A stretch of DNA of 64,000 nt from a virus (IMGVR_UViG_3300012943_000028:1-64000); one strand, 5' to 3'. Counted from the first letter of the stretch, positions 15,304-25,416 are shown. Program-made: numbers and translations. The notes: generated from the letters alone by a model not told the origin.

Positions 15304-16557
15304 TCATACTGCTGGATTATTTATGGCCAGGTCGCCCTTCAGGTATTTTCTGGCCTTCCAGAAGTGGAAGGTTGCCCACGTGTAGGTCAACGTTGCAACC
15401 GTCAGGAGCGAGTACCTGAGTGACTGGGTGCCAGTTGCTGAGCTGATGGCGTCACTGATCATACCAACGGCCAGTGGGCCCATGCTGTAGGCAACAAGCG
15501 AGATGATGAGGTAGTTCACAGCAGCGGCCGTTGCCCGCTGGTTAGACTTTGCGAGGCTCTGAATGGTGCCATAGGTTGGACCCATCCAAGCATAGGTGCA
15601 CAGCGTAATGCCGCAGAGGAACACGAGAGCAGTTGAGAACGCAGGGGCGAGGAACACACCAGCTGCGAAGAATGGCAGCATGATGGTTGCGCCAGCCGAA
15701 ATCTTGGCATACCACGATGGGTCGCCGGTGCGGGCTACGACCTTGTCACAGACCCAACCACCGAAGATTGAGCTGAACACACCACCTAGACCGTAGATGA
15801 TTGCGACCTTTGGTGCGATGGCGGTCACAGGAAGTTCAAACGTTCTGACGAAGAACGAGATCATCCACATGCCCATTGCGGTTGCACCAGTCGTGAACGC
15901 CGTGCTTGCAAGCACGAGGTGGCGGTACGACTTCATCGCAAAGAGCTCCTTGAGCGACTGCATGTACGGTTGCTGATCCGACACCTTCACAACACGGTTG
16001 TTGTCTTTCACGGTGAACTTGACAAGAGCGGCAAGCGCTAGACCCGCGGCACCAAGCCATAGGAACACGGTGCGCCAACCAGCGCCAGCACCCCATGCAC
16101 CGATGAAGAGACCACAGAAGAGACCAAATGGAACAGCGGCGGCAAGGAGAGCGAAGACGGTTACACGAACTTTCTGAGGTACGATCTCGCTGACGAGCGA
16201 GTAGGTCGGCGCCTGACCACCAGCCTCACCTGCTCCGACGCCGAGACGTGCAAGAAGCAAGGTGCCAAAGCTTGTTGCCATGCCGCACATGGCGGTGGCT
16301 GCTGACCAAATACCGACTGCGGCTGCTGTGATCGTGCTTCTATTGAAGCGATCGGCCATCCATGCGACCGGGATGCTCAGCGTTCCGTAGAACATAGCGA
16401 ACGCAAAGCCAGTCAAAAGACCAAGCTGAGTGTCCGAGAGGGTGAATTCTTTCTTGATCGGCTCAAGGAACATCGAGACGATCTGTAGGTCGATGAAGCG
16501 CAGGACCAAGACGAGCCACAGCACTGAGATGACGTATGCCTTGTAAGAGGTCTTCAT
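15304..16557 (-). CDS. MFS transporter (spinster-like)
   Basis: about 12 TM segments, LSDTQLGLL, ADRFNRS, ARLGVGAGEA; TAAATA at 16598-16603. Confidence 0.9.
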   Translation of the reverse strand: MKTSYKAYVISVLWLVLVLRFIDLQIVSMFLEPIKKEFTLSDTQLGLLTGFAFAMFYGTLSIPVAWMADRFNRSTITAAAVGIWSAATAMCGMATSFGTLLLARLGVGAGEAGGQAPTYSLVSEIVPQKVRVTVFALLAAAVPFGLFCGLFIGAWGAGAGWRTVFLWLGAAGLALAALVKFTVKDNNRVVKVSDQQPYMQSLKELFAMKSYRHLVLASTAFTTGATAMGMWMISFFVRTFELPVTAIAPKVAIIYGLGGVFSSIFGGWVCDKVVARTGDPSWYAKISAGATIMLPFFAAGVFLAPAFSTALVFLCGITLCTYAWMGPTYGTIQSLAKSNQRATAAAVNYLIISLVAYSMGPLAVGMISDAISSATGTQSLRYSLLTVATLTYTWATFHFWKARKYLKGDLAINNPAV

Positions 16558-16613
16558 ATGTGATACCTATGTTGATGTTGCGGACTGGCCGCTGCGCTAT
16601 TTAGCGCTAAATC

Positions 16614-16958
16614 TTAGCCGTCCCAATCAGGATCGTTTTCCTTGAACCATGACTTGTTCACGCTCTTCACGGCAGCCTTGACATCAGCGAGGTTCTCGAG
16701 GTCAGTGGTGACCTCCAGGTCCTGCGAATTGCCCTGGACACCAAGGGCCCATACACACTTCTTGCCTTCCATGCTGTGCCACAGCGTGAAGGTGTCAGAT
16801 GACTTTGGAGTTTCACGAGTGAAGTGAACCTTGTTGCCTTCCTGCTCGACATCCTTGAAGCCGGCCTTCTTGAGGTCGTCAATCATCTTCTTGAGGTCGG
16901 CGTGGTCTTCCATCTTCTCCTCAGCGAGGAGCAGAAGCTCTTGTAGTAGTGTTGTCAT
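16614..16958 (-). CDS. hypothetical protein
   Basis: ORF in late operon. Confidence 0.6.
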   Translation of the reverse strand: MTTLLQELLLLAEEKMEDHADLKKMIDDLKKAGFKDVEQEGNKVHFTRETPKSSDTFTLWHSMEGKKCVWALGVQGNSQDLEVTTDLENLADVKAAVKSVNKSWFKENDPDWDG

Positions 16959-17143
16959 TTGGTGTACACGACCTCGACTAGATTTGCGCTATCTTCACGC
17001 TTGTATTCTACCCAACCATCAGCAATTGCGTCAGCCTCTGGCGTTCCAACGACGTTCATTGGATCATATGCAACTGTCGCTACCTGGCCTCCACTTTCAC
17101 AGATGGCCTGGAGCGCCTGCTTTTCCATCAATGTCATTTCCAT
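16955..17143 (-). CDS. small hypothetical protein
   Basis: overlapping start/stop with neighbours. Confidence 0.5.
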   Translation of the reverse strand: MEMTLMEKQALQAICESGGQVATVAYDPMNVVGTPEADAIADGWVEYKREDSANLVEVVYTK

Positions 17144-17583
17144 GGATTTGGCGCTCTCGTGATCTTGCCGTCCTTATCAACGTCGTAGAACGCTGAGTGC
17201 GTTTCAACATGACCATTCTTAGCGTCGTGAATTGCCTGTGATGCGACCTCATCCCACATTCTTGCAAGATGACGGTGATAGTCAACGCCGTGCGCCTTAC
17301 GTACAACGCGGTTGACGTCGCTCATGTCTAGATCGTTGTGACGAAGATAGCTGCTGAAGTGGTCAAATGGGTCGCCGTCAGGAAATGAGTTGCTGATGGC
17401 GTCTTCAATCTTCTGTAGTAGCTTGCGATCGGCAGCGAGCTTAGCTTCAGCGTTCTGCTGACGCTGCTTCACACGAAAGTTCTTCTCGTGCTCCTTGCCA
17501 GCAGCACGCTCTTTCTGCTTGCGATCTTTGTTTTCCTGCGCCCACTGCTTGAACGCGTTTTCGAGAAGCTCTGCTACTTTCAT
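17134..17583 (-). CDS. hypothetical protein (MKVAELLE N-terminus)
   Basis: ORF in late operon. Confidence 0.65.
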   Translation of the reverse strand: MKVAELLENAFKQWAQENKDRKQKERAAGKEHEKNFRVKQRQQNAEAKLAADRKLLQKIEDAISNSFPDGDPFDHFSSYLRHNDLDMSDVNRVVRKAHGVDYHRHLARMWDEVASQAIHDAKNGHVETHSAFYDVDKDGKITRAPNPWK

Positions 17584-17584
17584 A

Positions 17585-18313
17585 TCAATCGTCCGATGAC
17601 CAACCGTAGGTCGAAATTTTCTTGTCGTTCCAATCCACTACGGCATTTGCACCAGCCTGGTGTCCATGACCGTCAGGGCGTGAATTGACCTCCCACTGCG
17701 TCGTGATGCCGTGGCCATCCTTGATGCGCTTGAGAAGTGGCTTGAACCACTCTGTCTTGAAGTTTGAAAGGTTGAAGCCGTGCACCTTGAACCACTTAGC
17801 AATGCCTTCAACGCCGTCATCGGCAGCGGTCTTTAGCTCCTCTGCGGCCTTCTTTGCTAGCGGTGCGTGTGTCTTAGCAAGCTCCTTCTTGAGCATCTCG
17901 TGGTGCGTGTTGAAGTATCTTTCGACACCAGTCTCGATTTCTTCCTTGAACTTCTTGAGGTCATCACTTGAGCGGAAGTCTGAGAGCGTGATGTAGACAG
18001 ATTTCTTTCCACGAGGTGACGTGCCCTGCAGCATCCAGTACTTGACAGGCTTTTCACCGTCACGACGAGATAGGACCGTTGGGTACTTGCGGGCTGGCTT
18101 GATGTCGTACAGGTCGGCATCAACTTCAACGTCGTGCTCCTGGCCATCGTTGGCCTTGACCTTCACCGTCCTGCCTTTGACCTTCACACCAGCCTTTTCT
18201 GCTGCCTCGATTGCGTTGGCATAGTGGCCATTGTGCGTAAAGGCCCAGCCCTGCTTTTCAGGTGAGGCTAGAGCGTACTCCTGGGTGGCCCAAATTGACT
18301 TACGCTTGTGCAT
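17585..18313 (-). CDS. hypothetical late protein
   Basis: 242 aa; TAAATA at 18344-18349. Confidence 0.7.
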   Translation of the reverse strand: MHKRKSIWATQEYALASPEKQGWAFTHNGHYANAIEAAEKAGVKVKGRTVKVKANDGQEHDVEVDADLYDIKPARKYPTVLSRRDGEKPVKYWMLQGTSPRGKKSVYITLSDFRSSDDLKKFKEEIETGVERYFNTHHEMLKKELAKTHAPLAKKAAEELKTAADDGVEGIAKWFKVHGFNLSNFKTEWFKPLLKRIKDGHGITTQWEVNSRPDGHGHQAGANAVVDWNDKKISTYGWSSDD

Positions 18314-18408
18314 GAACGGGTTCCGAAAGGCTGTTTGTAGACCTATTTATGTGCTCTCCTGATAAATACCTGCGTGCCGGGATCATTTCGGTCCGTGGAG
18401 AAGTTTCA

Positions 18409-18741
18409 ATGAAGGCCACTTTCAAGCAGAGCTACAAACTCATCAACCTCGGTGACGAGGTCACGGACGAGCAGCTAACTGAAATTTTTGGTTTCGGAAG
18501 AGATGAAGGAAAGCTCGCAAAGGCTAAGGCCGAGCGCGAGGCAATAATGAAGAAGTACGGGGCAAAGGCAGGTTCTCAGGAATATGCCCTCCGTCAAAAG
18601 CAGAAAAATCTACAGTGGGCGAAGGCCAAGGCACAGGCCGAACGTCAGCCTATCCCAGACAAAGTAAAGAAGTCAGATGCCTCGCAGGCCGGCGCCAAGG
18701 CACGTGAAGACGATTGGGTACGTAGCCTAGCTAAGTCCTGA
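18409..18741 (+). CDS. hypothetical late protein (Lys/Ala-rich)
   Basis: TAAATA at 18363-18368, SD GGAG. Confidence 0.65.
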   Translation: MKATFKQSYKLINLGDEVTDEQLTEIFGFGRDEGKLAKAKAEREAIMKKYGAKAGSQEYALRQKQKNLQWAKAKAQAERQPIPDKVKKSDASQAGAKAREDDWVRSLAKS

Positions 18742-18769
18742 TCACCAAGTTTCCAGTTTCGAGACAGCA

Positions 18770-18800
18770 GAAAGGGGACCTTACGGTCCCCTTTCCTTTT
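18770..18800. terminator. intrinsic terminator between convergent genes
   Basis: AAAGGGGACC-TTAC-GGTCCCCTTT followed by CCTTTT. Confidence 0.75.
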
Positions 18801-18819
18801 CCCTTTGGAGAACAGGCCG

Positions 18820-19326
18820 TTAGGCCGCTTTCTGGCCGAGGCCCGTGCCGCCAGCGGTCGGGCGCTTGTCAGCAGCGTCATCAACGATGTTGGCCGGAAC
18901 GCGGGTGACCTTGGAGGTGCCCTTGCTCGTGGTCGTCGATGCAGCACGCTTATTGGTGCCACGATTGAGCTTGCGGACTGGGCCGCCCTGCTCCTTGAGG
19001 CGATCACCGACGATGCGGCTGAGCGAGATGAGCTGCTTCTTGACCTTCTTCTCGGTCTCGTTTTCGTTGACCGACTGCGCCACCTTGATGAGGCGTGGGA
19101 GGTTCTTCTTGAGGAACTCCGGGTTCACGAAGTTGTAGTTGCGTGGGACGGTGAAACCGTCGGCGCCGAGGTTCTTGTCGGAAACGACCAGCGACACGCC
19201 AATCCACGAATCAGCGTGGTCAGCGGGGCGTACGTTCTTCCAGAAACCTCCCTGAATTTCGGGGAGCAACACCTGCAGAAACAGCTGCTTCTGCACTTCC
19301 GTTGCGACTGTGAGTGTCTTCGACAT
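18820..19326 (-). CDS. basic hypothetical protein
   Basis: SD AGGGAG, early promoter upstream (19385-19413). Confidence 0.7.
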   Translation of the reverse strand: MSKTLTVATEVQKQLFLQVLLPEIQGGFWKNVRPADHADSWIGVSLVVSDKNLGADGFTVPRNYNFVNPEFLKKNLPRLIKVAQSVNENETEKKVKKQLISLSRIVGDRLKEQGGPVRKLNRGTNKRAASTTTSKGTSKVTRVPANIVDDAADKRPTAGGTGLGQKAA

Positions 19327-19420
19327 GTGATCTTCTCCTATCTCCAAAGGGTCAAACAGAAAACTTTAAACCAGGCATGATTCGATTCTATCACACGCCT
19401 AATCTGTGGTAAACTAGCGA

Positions 19421-19882
19421 TCAACCTGCGACTTTGTTCTTCTTGTAGTTCTCGTCGTACACGCGCACCCAGGCGGCGGCATCCGTCAGGTTGATGCCGT
19501 ACAGCTTGGCAAACTCCACCAACTTGACGAGGTTGGCGGTGTGCTTGGCCTCGAACGTTTCACGAGGTACGCCGATGACGATCTGCTTCACATCGAAGAG
19601 CTTGACGGTCGGCTTGGCACCTTCCGGTACCACGACCACCTCGATGTACGAGAGCAGCGAGTCACGCCCGTGGATGCGACGCATCTTGGCATCGAGCAGG
19701 TACTTCACGGTGTCGATGAACTTTACCACGATGAGTGAGCCATCGATCGTCACCTCATGGCGACGTGGAATGCGCGGGGTGGAGAACTTGCCGTTCAGCG
19801 CTTCGGCGATCGTACCCTTGCGGAATGCATTGAAGAATTCTTCAGGGGTAGCGATCAGTGCTTTCAGCTCTGCGTCGGTCAT
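19421..19882 (-). CDS. hypothetical protein
   Basis: SD AGGAG. Confidence 0.65.
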   Translation of the reverse strand: MTDAELKALIATPEEFFNAFRKGTIAEALNGKFSTPRIPRRHEVTIDGSLIVVKFIDTVKYLLDAKMRRIHGRDSLLSYIEVVVVPEGAKPTVKLFDVKQIVIGVPRETFEAKHTANLVKLVEFAKLYGINLTDAAAWVRVYDENYKKNKVAG

Positions 19883-19891
19883 GGGTGTCTC

Positions 19892-20125
19892 CTAGATGTT
19901 GGCGTACTGCTTGCTCAATTCTGACGGCGCAAGATCACGCAGACCGTTGTCGTGAATGTTCTTGCGAAACTGGGTGAAGAGAAGAACGACGCACTCGCTG
20001 TGATCAGCGTAGACATCATCTTCAAAGAGATTGCCGAGGGCGATACCAAACTCGCCGGACTTCAGGCAAACCACCTCGCCAAATCGAAAGAGAACTTCAC
20101 GGTCATTGGCGATGGTTTTGATCAT
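19892..20125 (-). CDS. hypothetical protein
   Basis: early promoter GTTTAC..TACAAT directly upstream. Confidence 0.55.
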   Translation of the reverse strand: MIKTIANDREVLFRFGEVVCLKSGEFGIALGNLFEDDVYADHSECVVLLFTQFRKNIHDNGLRDLAPSELSKQYANI

Positions 20126-20167
20126 GTGCCTATTGTATGCTGAACCTGCGCTAAAGTAAACTGCAGG

Positions 20168-20467
20168 TTAGGCTTCTGGAAACAGCTCGGGCTTGTAGTG
20201 ACGTTCGATGCGGGCGAGATCGGAGACTTCTCGAACCGCTTCACGGGGTGCTGTGTACCACTGCATCGACCGAAGATCGCCTGGGCGAGTGAAGCGCTCG
20301 ATCTCGTAGGGCTCGAAGGCGATGGCGCAGGCAGTGAAACCACCATTGTCGACATGGCACAGCGGCACGTGAGTGCGCGTGATGGCTGATGGGCCCATGG
20401 TAGGAGTGGCATGCTTGCGCAGCCACTCCTCCTTGGACATCGATGGTGGGTCGATGTAGTAGCCCAT
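20168..20467 (-). CDS. hypothetical protein
   Basis: packed ORF. Confidence 0.6.
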   Translation of the reverse strand: MGYYIDPPSMSKEEWLRKHATPTMGPSAITRTHVPLCHVDNGGFTACAIAFEPYEIERFTRPGDLRSMQWYTAPREAVREVSDLARIERHYKPELFPEA

Positions 20468-20642
20468 GATCAGTTCGACGTCTTCACGCAGGTGGCCGTG
20501 ATGCGACGAGCACGAACGTAGTCCTGGTCCTGGTTGGCCAGGAACCTGCTGCGCGCGTCTTCACACATCTGCGGCGTCTGGATGTTGGTCACCGTCGTGA
20601 CGGCCGAACCGCTGAGCGACACGACTATGATGAGGGCCCACA

Positions 20643-21227
20643 TTACTGCGGGCTCCGCAGCTGCAGGGGACCGTCTTCCTTCTTGGCCTCGAACACCTTC
20701 TCGGTCTTGTCCGTCGTAACGATGGCGAAGTCCTTGAGGTCGACCTTCGGGTAGCCGGCGATCTTCAGCCACATGCCGCCCCAGAAGGAGCCGAGCTCAG
20801 TGTTGTACTGACGGAGAAGATCGATCTGCTTGCGCTGACCATTCTCGAAGTTGCTGCGGAAGGCCTCGATCACCTGCTGCACCTTCACGTACAGGCTGGA
20901 GTCCAGCGTCGGGTTGTGTTCCTGCAGCCACTGGAACGTGGCCTTCGAGCCGTCGGCGCCGTAGCGACCCTGGATCGCCGCCGTCACGACCTTGGTAAGG
21001 TCATCACGGTACATCTCGTTCACCTGCACGATCTCGAGAATCTTCTGCGTGCCTTGTGCGTAGATGTTCTTGTTGTCGGTCTGCACGGCCACGAGATTAT
21101 TCTCGGACTTGTTGCCGTAGTTGTAGGCGCCGATGTAGGAGCCAGCGATGATCCATGCGATCAGGCCGAGCACACCTACCACCGACAGAATCCAGATCAG
21201 CGCACCACCATTTTGCTTCTTCATCAA
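20643..21227 (-). CDS. LemA-like membrane-anchored protein
   Basis: N-terminal TM then helical domain, YN..L..F.G..W..IAGYP. Confidence 0.6.
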   Translation of the reverse strand: MMKKQNGGALIWILSVVGVLGLIAWIIAGSYIGAYNYGNKSENNLVAVQTDNKNIYAQGTQKILEIVQVNEMYRDDLTKVVTAAIQGRYGADGSKATFQWLQEHNPTLDSSLYVKVQQVIEAFRSNFENGQRKQIDLLRQYNTELGSFWGGMWLKIAGYPKVDLKDFAIVTTDKTEKVFEAKKEDGPLQLRSPQ

Positions 21228-21240
21228 AGTTTCTCCTCAG

Positions 21241-22395
21241 TTAGTAGCGACGAAAACGTGGGATACCGTAGCTGTTGAAGCTGCGAGCGTCCCGATTCAC
21301 GAAAGCGAATATCCAGAACCCAAGGTACGCCAAGGTGATAAGGATAGACGCAGTCGTCATCACCCAGCTTGGCGGATCGATCTCAGCTTCAAGGTACTTG
21401 AAGTCACTCATTGGCTTGCGCTTGAAAGTAGCGAAGCCTTCAGCGTTGATGGCACCGATAACAGCATCTGCAGTGAGGGCATCGAGAGCTAAAATGCTGT
21501 CACGCAGCTTGACCTGGAACATCTCGTCCTTGGTCAGCGCCATGATGCGCACCCATGCTGCCTTTGCGGGGAAGTCGGGCGCACCGATCACGACGACGAT
21601 GTCATTCTTCTTGCCATTGTTCCAAGCATCCTGCAGGGCAAAGAAGTAATCGTCGCTCGGATACTTCGTCAGAACGATGACGGCATTTGCTTGCTTCTGT
21701 GGACCGAGCTTCTTCAGCGCTTCAGACAGCTTGGTGTTCCATTCACGCAGGTTTGGAACTGACACACCAACCGGCAGAACACGGTCGACGTGGTAGAAGT
21801 CGTAGACATTGCCGGGATAGGCAGGAATCTGACCAGCATAGCGCTCCTTCAGCGTGGCACTGGCCGGTCGGAACAGCGAAGAAGGAACTGCCTTGATGTA
21901 GTTCGTGTAGCCGTGTGAGCCTGAGACAGGGTCGCCAGGCTTGATGATCAGCCAGCGCTGTGGGTCGGGTGACTTGTACACGCGCTTTGACGTTTCATCG
22001 AGCGACTTGATCGTGTAGTTACCGATGTTGGTGCTGCACGTCCAGTCAACCGTGTAATGGTCTTCGTAACACGTTGAGCAGTGCTCTGTAGTGTGACCAT
22101 CAGAATCGGTAGTCGTGTAGCAGTTGCACTGGTATGAGCGCACGTACGAATCGTGGATGCGGTCCTTGCGGAGTACCTCACCGTTTAGGATTTCGACGTC
22201 GCCCGTCTTCGATCCCTTGCCAGCATAGAAAGCGCTCGCCATGATGACCATGCTGATGATGAGACCGCCTGCAGTAAAGCCAACGATCTGCGCCAGCTCG
22301 AGCTGCTTGATCATCAGCTTGCGAACGATGAAGATCGTGGCGATCGAGAGCGCCAGCGGGATGAGGAAATACCAGAGGAGTGCGATGTTGACCAT
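21241..22395 (-). CDS. multi-pass membrane protein with Cys cluster and TPM-like region
   Basis: 2 N-terminal and 1 C-terminal TM, CNC..HCSTC, W..GKKNDIVVV. Confidence 0.65.
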   Translation of the reverse strand: MVNIALLWYFLIPLALSIATIFIVRKLMIKQLELAQIVGFTAGGLIISMVIMASAFYAGKGSKTGDVEILNGEVLRKDRIHDSYVRSYQCNCYTTTDSDGHTTEHCSTCYEDHYTVDWTCSTNIGNYTIKSLDETSKRVYKSPDPQRWLIIKPGDPVSGSHGYTNYIKAVPSSLFRPASATLKERYAGQIPAYPGNVYDFYHVDRVLPVGVSVPNLREWNTKLSEALKKLGPQKQANAVIVLTKYPSDDYFFALQDAWNNGKKNDIVVVIGAPDFPAKAAWVRIMALTKDEMFQVKLRDSILALDALTADAVIGAINAEGFATFKRKPMSDFKYLEAEIDPPSWVMTTASILITLAYLGFWIFAFVNRDARSFNSYGIPRFRRY

Positions 22396-22622
22396 TAGCC
22401 GATCACCACGACAGTTTCGATCGTGACTTCACCGCTCAGAATCTTCTGGCGCAGGACTGCGGCAGAGTCGGCAGGGTCACGCTTGCAGAATTCGTCTTCA
22501 ACGACGGCGTGTGGTGCGATGTCGATCAACACCGTCGGGTAGAGGGGATCACGCAGCTTCACGACCATATTTTGATCGTGCATTGCGAGGTGTTCTATCA
22601 GCTCTCGTACGGTCATCGGCAT
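22395..22622 (-). CDS. hypothetical protein
   Basis: MTVRELIEHL N-terminus common in phage small ORFs. Confidence 0.55.
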   Translation of the reverse strand: MPMTVRELIEHLAMHDQNMVVKLRDPLYPTVLIDIAPHAVVEDEFCKRDPADSAAVLRQKILSGEVTIETVVVIG

Positions 22623-22846
22623 CGCACTTCCCTCCTTGAGGGGGTGTGGAATGGTGCCGGCGTGTGCACCATCCCGAACACAATTATACCCAACTGCAGC
22701 CCAGTCCCGTCCACTACGTAGGGGTCACGTGAGGCGCTCCTCTACAATCACGTCAGGAGAGAGCTTGAGCGCAGCTCTTCCTCAAGATCAGCCAAGGGCA
22801 CTGACCCGCGCAGGTTAATTCTATCAAGGTTTTGCCAGGTTGTAAA

Positions 22847-23107
22847 CTAGCGTGCCTTCAGCCGGCGGTGCGGGCGGAATGGTTCAGAAACGCCGACCTT
22901 CGACTGGGCGAGGTCAACGGTGAGCTCGACCAGGGTCTCTTCTGGACGGAGCTTGATGTCGTACTTGTTGGTGAACTTCTTGGCGAGGATGGCGTCCTCA
23001 ACGAAGTTGGCCTTGTTTTGCGATGAGTCAAAGCCGGCAAAGTAGGAGCCGTTTGCGTTCTTGACGACATACAGGGAAACGATTGCGGAATTTTCAGTGC
23101 TCATCAA
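22847..23107 (-). CDS. hypothetical protein
   Basis: SD AGGAG. Confidence 0.6.
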   Translation of the reverse strand: MMSTENSAIVSLYVVKNANGSYFAGFDSSQNKANFVEDAILAKKFTNKYDIKLRPEETLVELTVDLAQSKVGVSEPFRPHRRLKAR

Positions 23108-23131
23108 AGCTTCTCCTAAGTGCTTTTCACG

Positions 23132-23575
23132 TTATGCTCTGTCCAGCGTCTTCAGCGTTCTCTCAAATGAGACGAAGAGGACGATGTTCAATGCTCTTGC
23201 AGCCGCCTCACTCGCCATGTCAGGCGGTGTGGCGAAAATTTCAGTGCCACGATGGAATGCCGCTAGCCAACCAAGCGGATTTGCTGGTGAGGCGCCTGGG
23301 CAGAAAGAAGCAACTCGCATGTCAAGCTTCTTTTCAACTCGTGACAGAAGGTTGAGGTCGTCGAGGAACTTGCCCTTCGTAACCTTGACCTTTGACGGCA
23401 GCTTACCAATGATATAAGAGTCGAGCTGGTCACGAACCGCTGCCGACTGCCACTCGCCAAGCACGTCCTCTAGGACATCACGGAAGATGTCCATGTTGGT
23501 CTTCACCTCCACGTCAGGTGGTGGCCGGCGTGCAGACCTTACTGGGCGCTTGAATTGGTAAACCTTGGCGGTCAT
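23132..23575 (-). CDS. hypothetical protein
   Basis: coupled to phosphoesterase. Confidence 0.6.
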   Translation of the reverse strand: MTAKVYQFKRPVRSARRPPPDVEVKTNMDIFRDVLEDVLGEWQSAAVRDQLDSYIIGKLPSKVKVTKGKFLDDLNLLSRVEKKLDMRVASFCPGASPANPLGWLAAFHRGTEIFATPPDMASEAAARALNIVLFVSFERTLKTLDRA

Positions 23576-24447
23576 ACCTCAAAAACTCTCGTCGTGTCGT
23601 ATGGCCGGTTGCTCTTGCGCTCGTGCGGGTAGCCGAGCGGGTTGCACCACAGCTCAGTCTCACCGATCTTTCCATTGTAATCGGTGTGCGTATGGCCGAA
23701 AATCCATAGCACCGGCTGGTACTCGAGTATGAAGTCATCGAGGTCAGACGTGAAAGCGTGGTTCAGGACCGACGTGAGCGGGTCTGACCGATACATTGGG
23801 TGAACAGCCTGGAACGATGGCATGTGGTGAGTTACCACGACCGTGCGGCTGTTGTCAGCATTTGCCATCCACTGGCCAAACTGCTTCAAGGTGGCATCAT
23901 GTATCTGGGTAAGCTGCGTTGGCGTAACGCCCTTGCCATCCTCAGCGATGATGACACGGTGATCTGTGATGCACTTTGCCACGTCGAGGTGGATGCGTGA
24001 CAGGCGTTCATGGACGCCACCTGCAGCCTTGCGACCGTAATCAGTCCACAGCGTTCCACAGACGAACGTGACTCCATCAATTTCGACCTTGACTGGTTCG
24101 TTGCCGGCGATGGTGACCTTGTCCTCGCAGTTGTCACCGAAGGCGCGCTCTGCAGCTGCCTCGATGGTGAACTGGGTGTCTTCCATACGGCTGCCATAGT
24201 GCTCATGGTTGCCAAGCACCAAGATGATGTGGCGGAAGCGAGGACCGGCGAGCTGGAAAAAGCTGTCGAAGCGCTGTGAGCGCTTTGCGGTTGCGATGTC
24301 GCCAGCCGCAACGAGAACGGTCTCAGCGTCGGCTGGCAGTGGAGGAAGAATTTCTTCGAGCTTGCGTGAGGCAGCTGAACTTGGCGTGTCGAACGTATCA
24401 TAGAAGTGTTCGAGGTGTAGGTCGCTGCAGGTTCTGATTTTCAGCAT
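23572..24447 (-). CDS. calcineurin-like metallophosphoesterase
   Basis: SDLH, AGD, GNHE, THH, GHTH. Confidence 0.92.
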   Translation of the reverse strand: MLKIRTCSDLHLEHFYDTFDTPSSAASRKLEEILPPLPADAETVLVAAGDIATAKRSQRFDSFFQLAGPRFRHIILVLGNHEHYGSRMEDTQFTIEAAAERAFGDNCEDKVTIAGNEPVKVEIDGVTFVCGTLWTDYGRKAAGGVHERLSRIHLDVAKCITDHRVIIAEDGKGVTPTQLTQIHDATLKQFGQWMANADNSRTVVVTHHMPSFQAVHPMYRSDPLTSVLNHAFTSDLDDFILEYQPVLWIFGHTHTDYNGKIGETELWCNPLGYPHERKSNRPYDTTRVFEV

Positions 24448-24503
24448 ATGATCTCATCCAACGTTGATGACTTATTCTAACAAAGAGAGCTAACTGAAAA
24501 CAA

Positions 24504-24656
24504 TCAGCGGCCAGTCATCTTGAGCCACTCTCTGAAGCATGTTTTCATCTCACTGATTGAACCAACTTTCGGAGAAAGTGCCAGCTGACCAACTCGTTTT
24601 TCGAGGGTCTCAATCAGCTTGCGAGAGCGGTACAATGTGAGGTCAATAACTTTCAT
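24504..24656 (-). CDS. 50-aa late protein (MKVIDLTLYRSRK...)
   Basis: translated by hand; TAAATA at 24683-24688. Confidence 0.45.
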   Translation of the reverse strand: MKVIDLTLYRSRKLIETLEKRVGQLALSPKVGSISEMKTCFREWLKMTGR

Positions 24657-24763
24657 TCGCGTCGTCCATTAGCAGACGATGGTATTTACGGGACGCGAAC
24701 GCGAGAATGCCGACGTGCGAAGAAAAATTTCGCAGATCGGCTTCTTCTCGTATATAGCGTCAG

Positions 24764-25120
24764 TTAGTCCCGAATGATACGCTTCGTGGTGAACTCGAAG
24801 GACGCTTCGTATGACTCATTGTAACCAGGTCGATCGTACGAGACCTTCCAGCCAGCGGCTTCGAAGATTGGCTCGAAGTTCAACCAACCGCCCTTGTCGA
24901 TTGCCTTGTTGATCGGCGTTCCCATATAGGTGTCGCCGAACTCCTTCTTGATCGCATCGACGATGTCCTTCTGCTTTATCGTCGCCGAGTAGTTGCCATT
25001 TCTGCCAGAAGTTTCGGCAGCGAGAAGATCATTGATGATCTTGATCACGACAGGCGGGAAGTTGGCGAGCTTTGCTGCGCCGATGTCTGACGGCGAGAGC
25101 GGCCTGATTTCATTACTCAT
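24764..25120 (-). CDS. hypothetical protein
   Basis: GWKVSYDRPGYNE motif; coupled start. Confidence 0.6.
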   Translation of the reverse strand: MSNEIRPLSPSDIGAAKLANFPPVVIKIINDLLAAETSGRNGNYSATIKQKDIVDAIKKEFGDTYMGTPINKAIDKGGWLNFEPIFEAAGWKVSYDRPGYNESYEASFEFTTKRIIRD

Positions 25121-25416
25121 GCTGCTTTCCTTTCCATGTAGCCGAGGTGCATCACCCACTCGATGTTCGTCCACACCGTGGCCTTTCCATTCTTGCCACG
25201 ACAACGAAGATTTCCTTCGGTGTTCCAGCGATTGTGCGGCCGATCGTCGGTGCGCTCGAGGATCAGGAGCTCATCACCAACATCGTAGACCTCGCCACCC
25301 AGCGTGTTCATGCACGCCTTAAAGACGACGACATCGCCAGGCATCAGCGGCCTTTCGGGCGCCGGAAATTCTGGCGACTCATCACGGTGCTTTCCATCGT
25401 CGAAGATGACCTTCAT
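25117..25416 (-). CDS. hypothetical protein
   Basis: ATGA overlaps. Confidence 0.55.
   Translation of the reverse strand: MKVIFDDGKHRDESPEFPAPERPLMPGDVVVFKACMNTLGGEVYDVGDELLILERTDDRPHNRWNTEGNLRCRGKNGKATVWTNIEWVMHLGYMERKAA

Noticed and set aside
24700-24750. Long imperfect intergenic hairpin
   Set aside because: Single copy, compatible with an ordinary terminator or processing site
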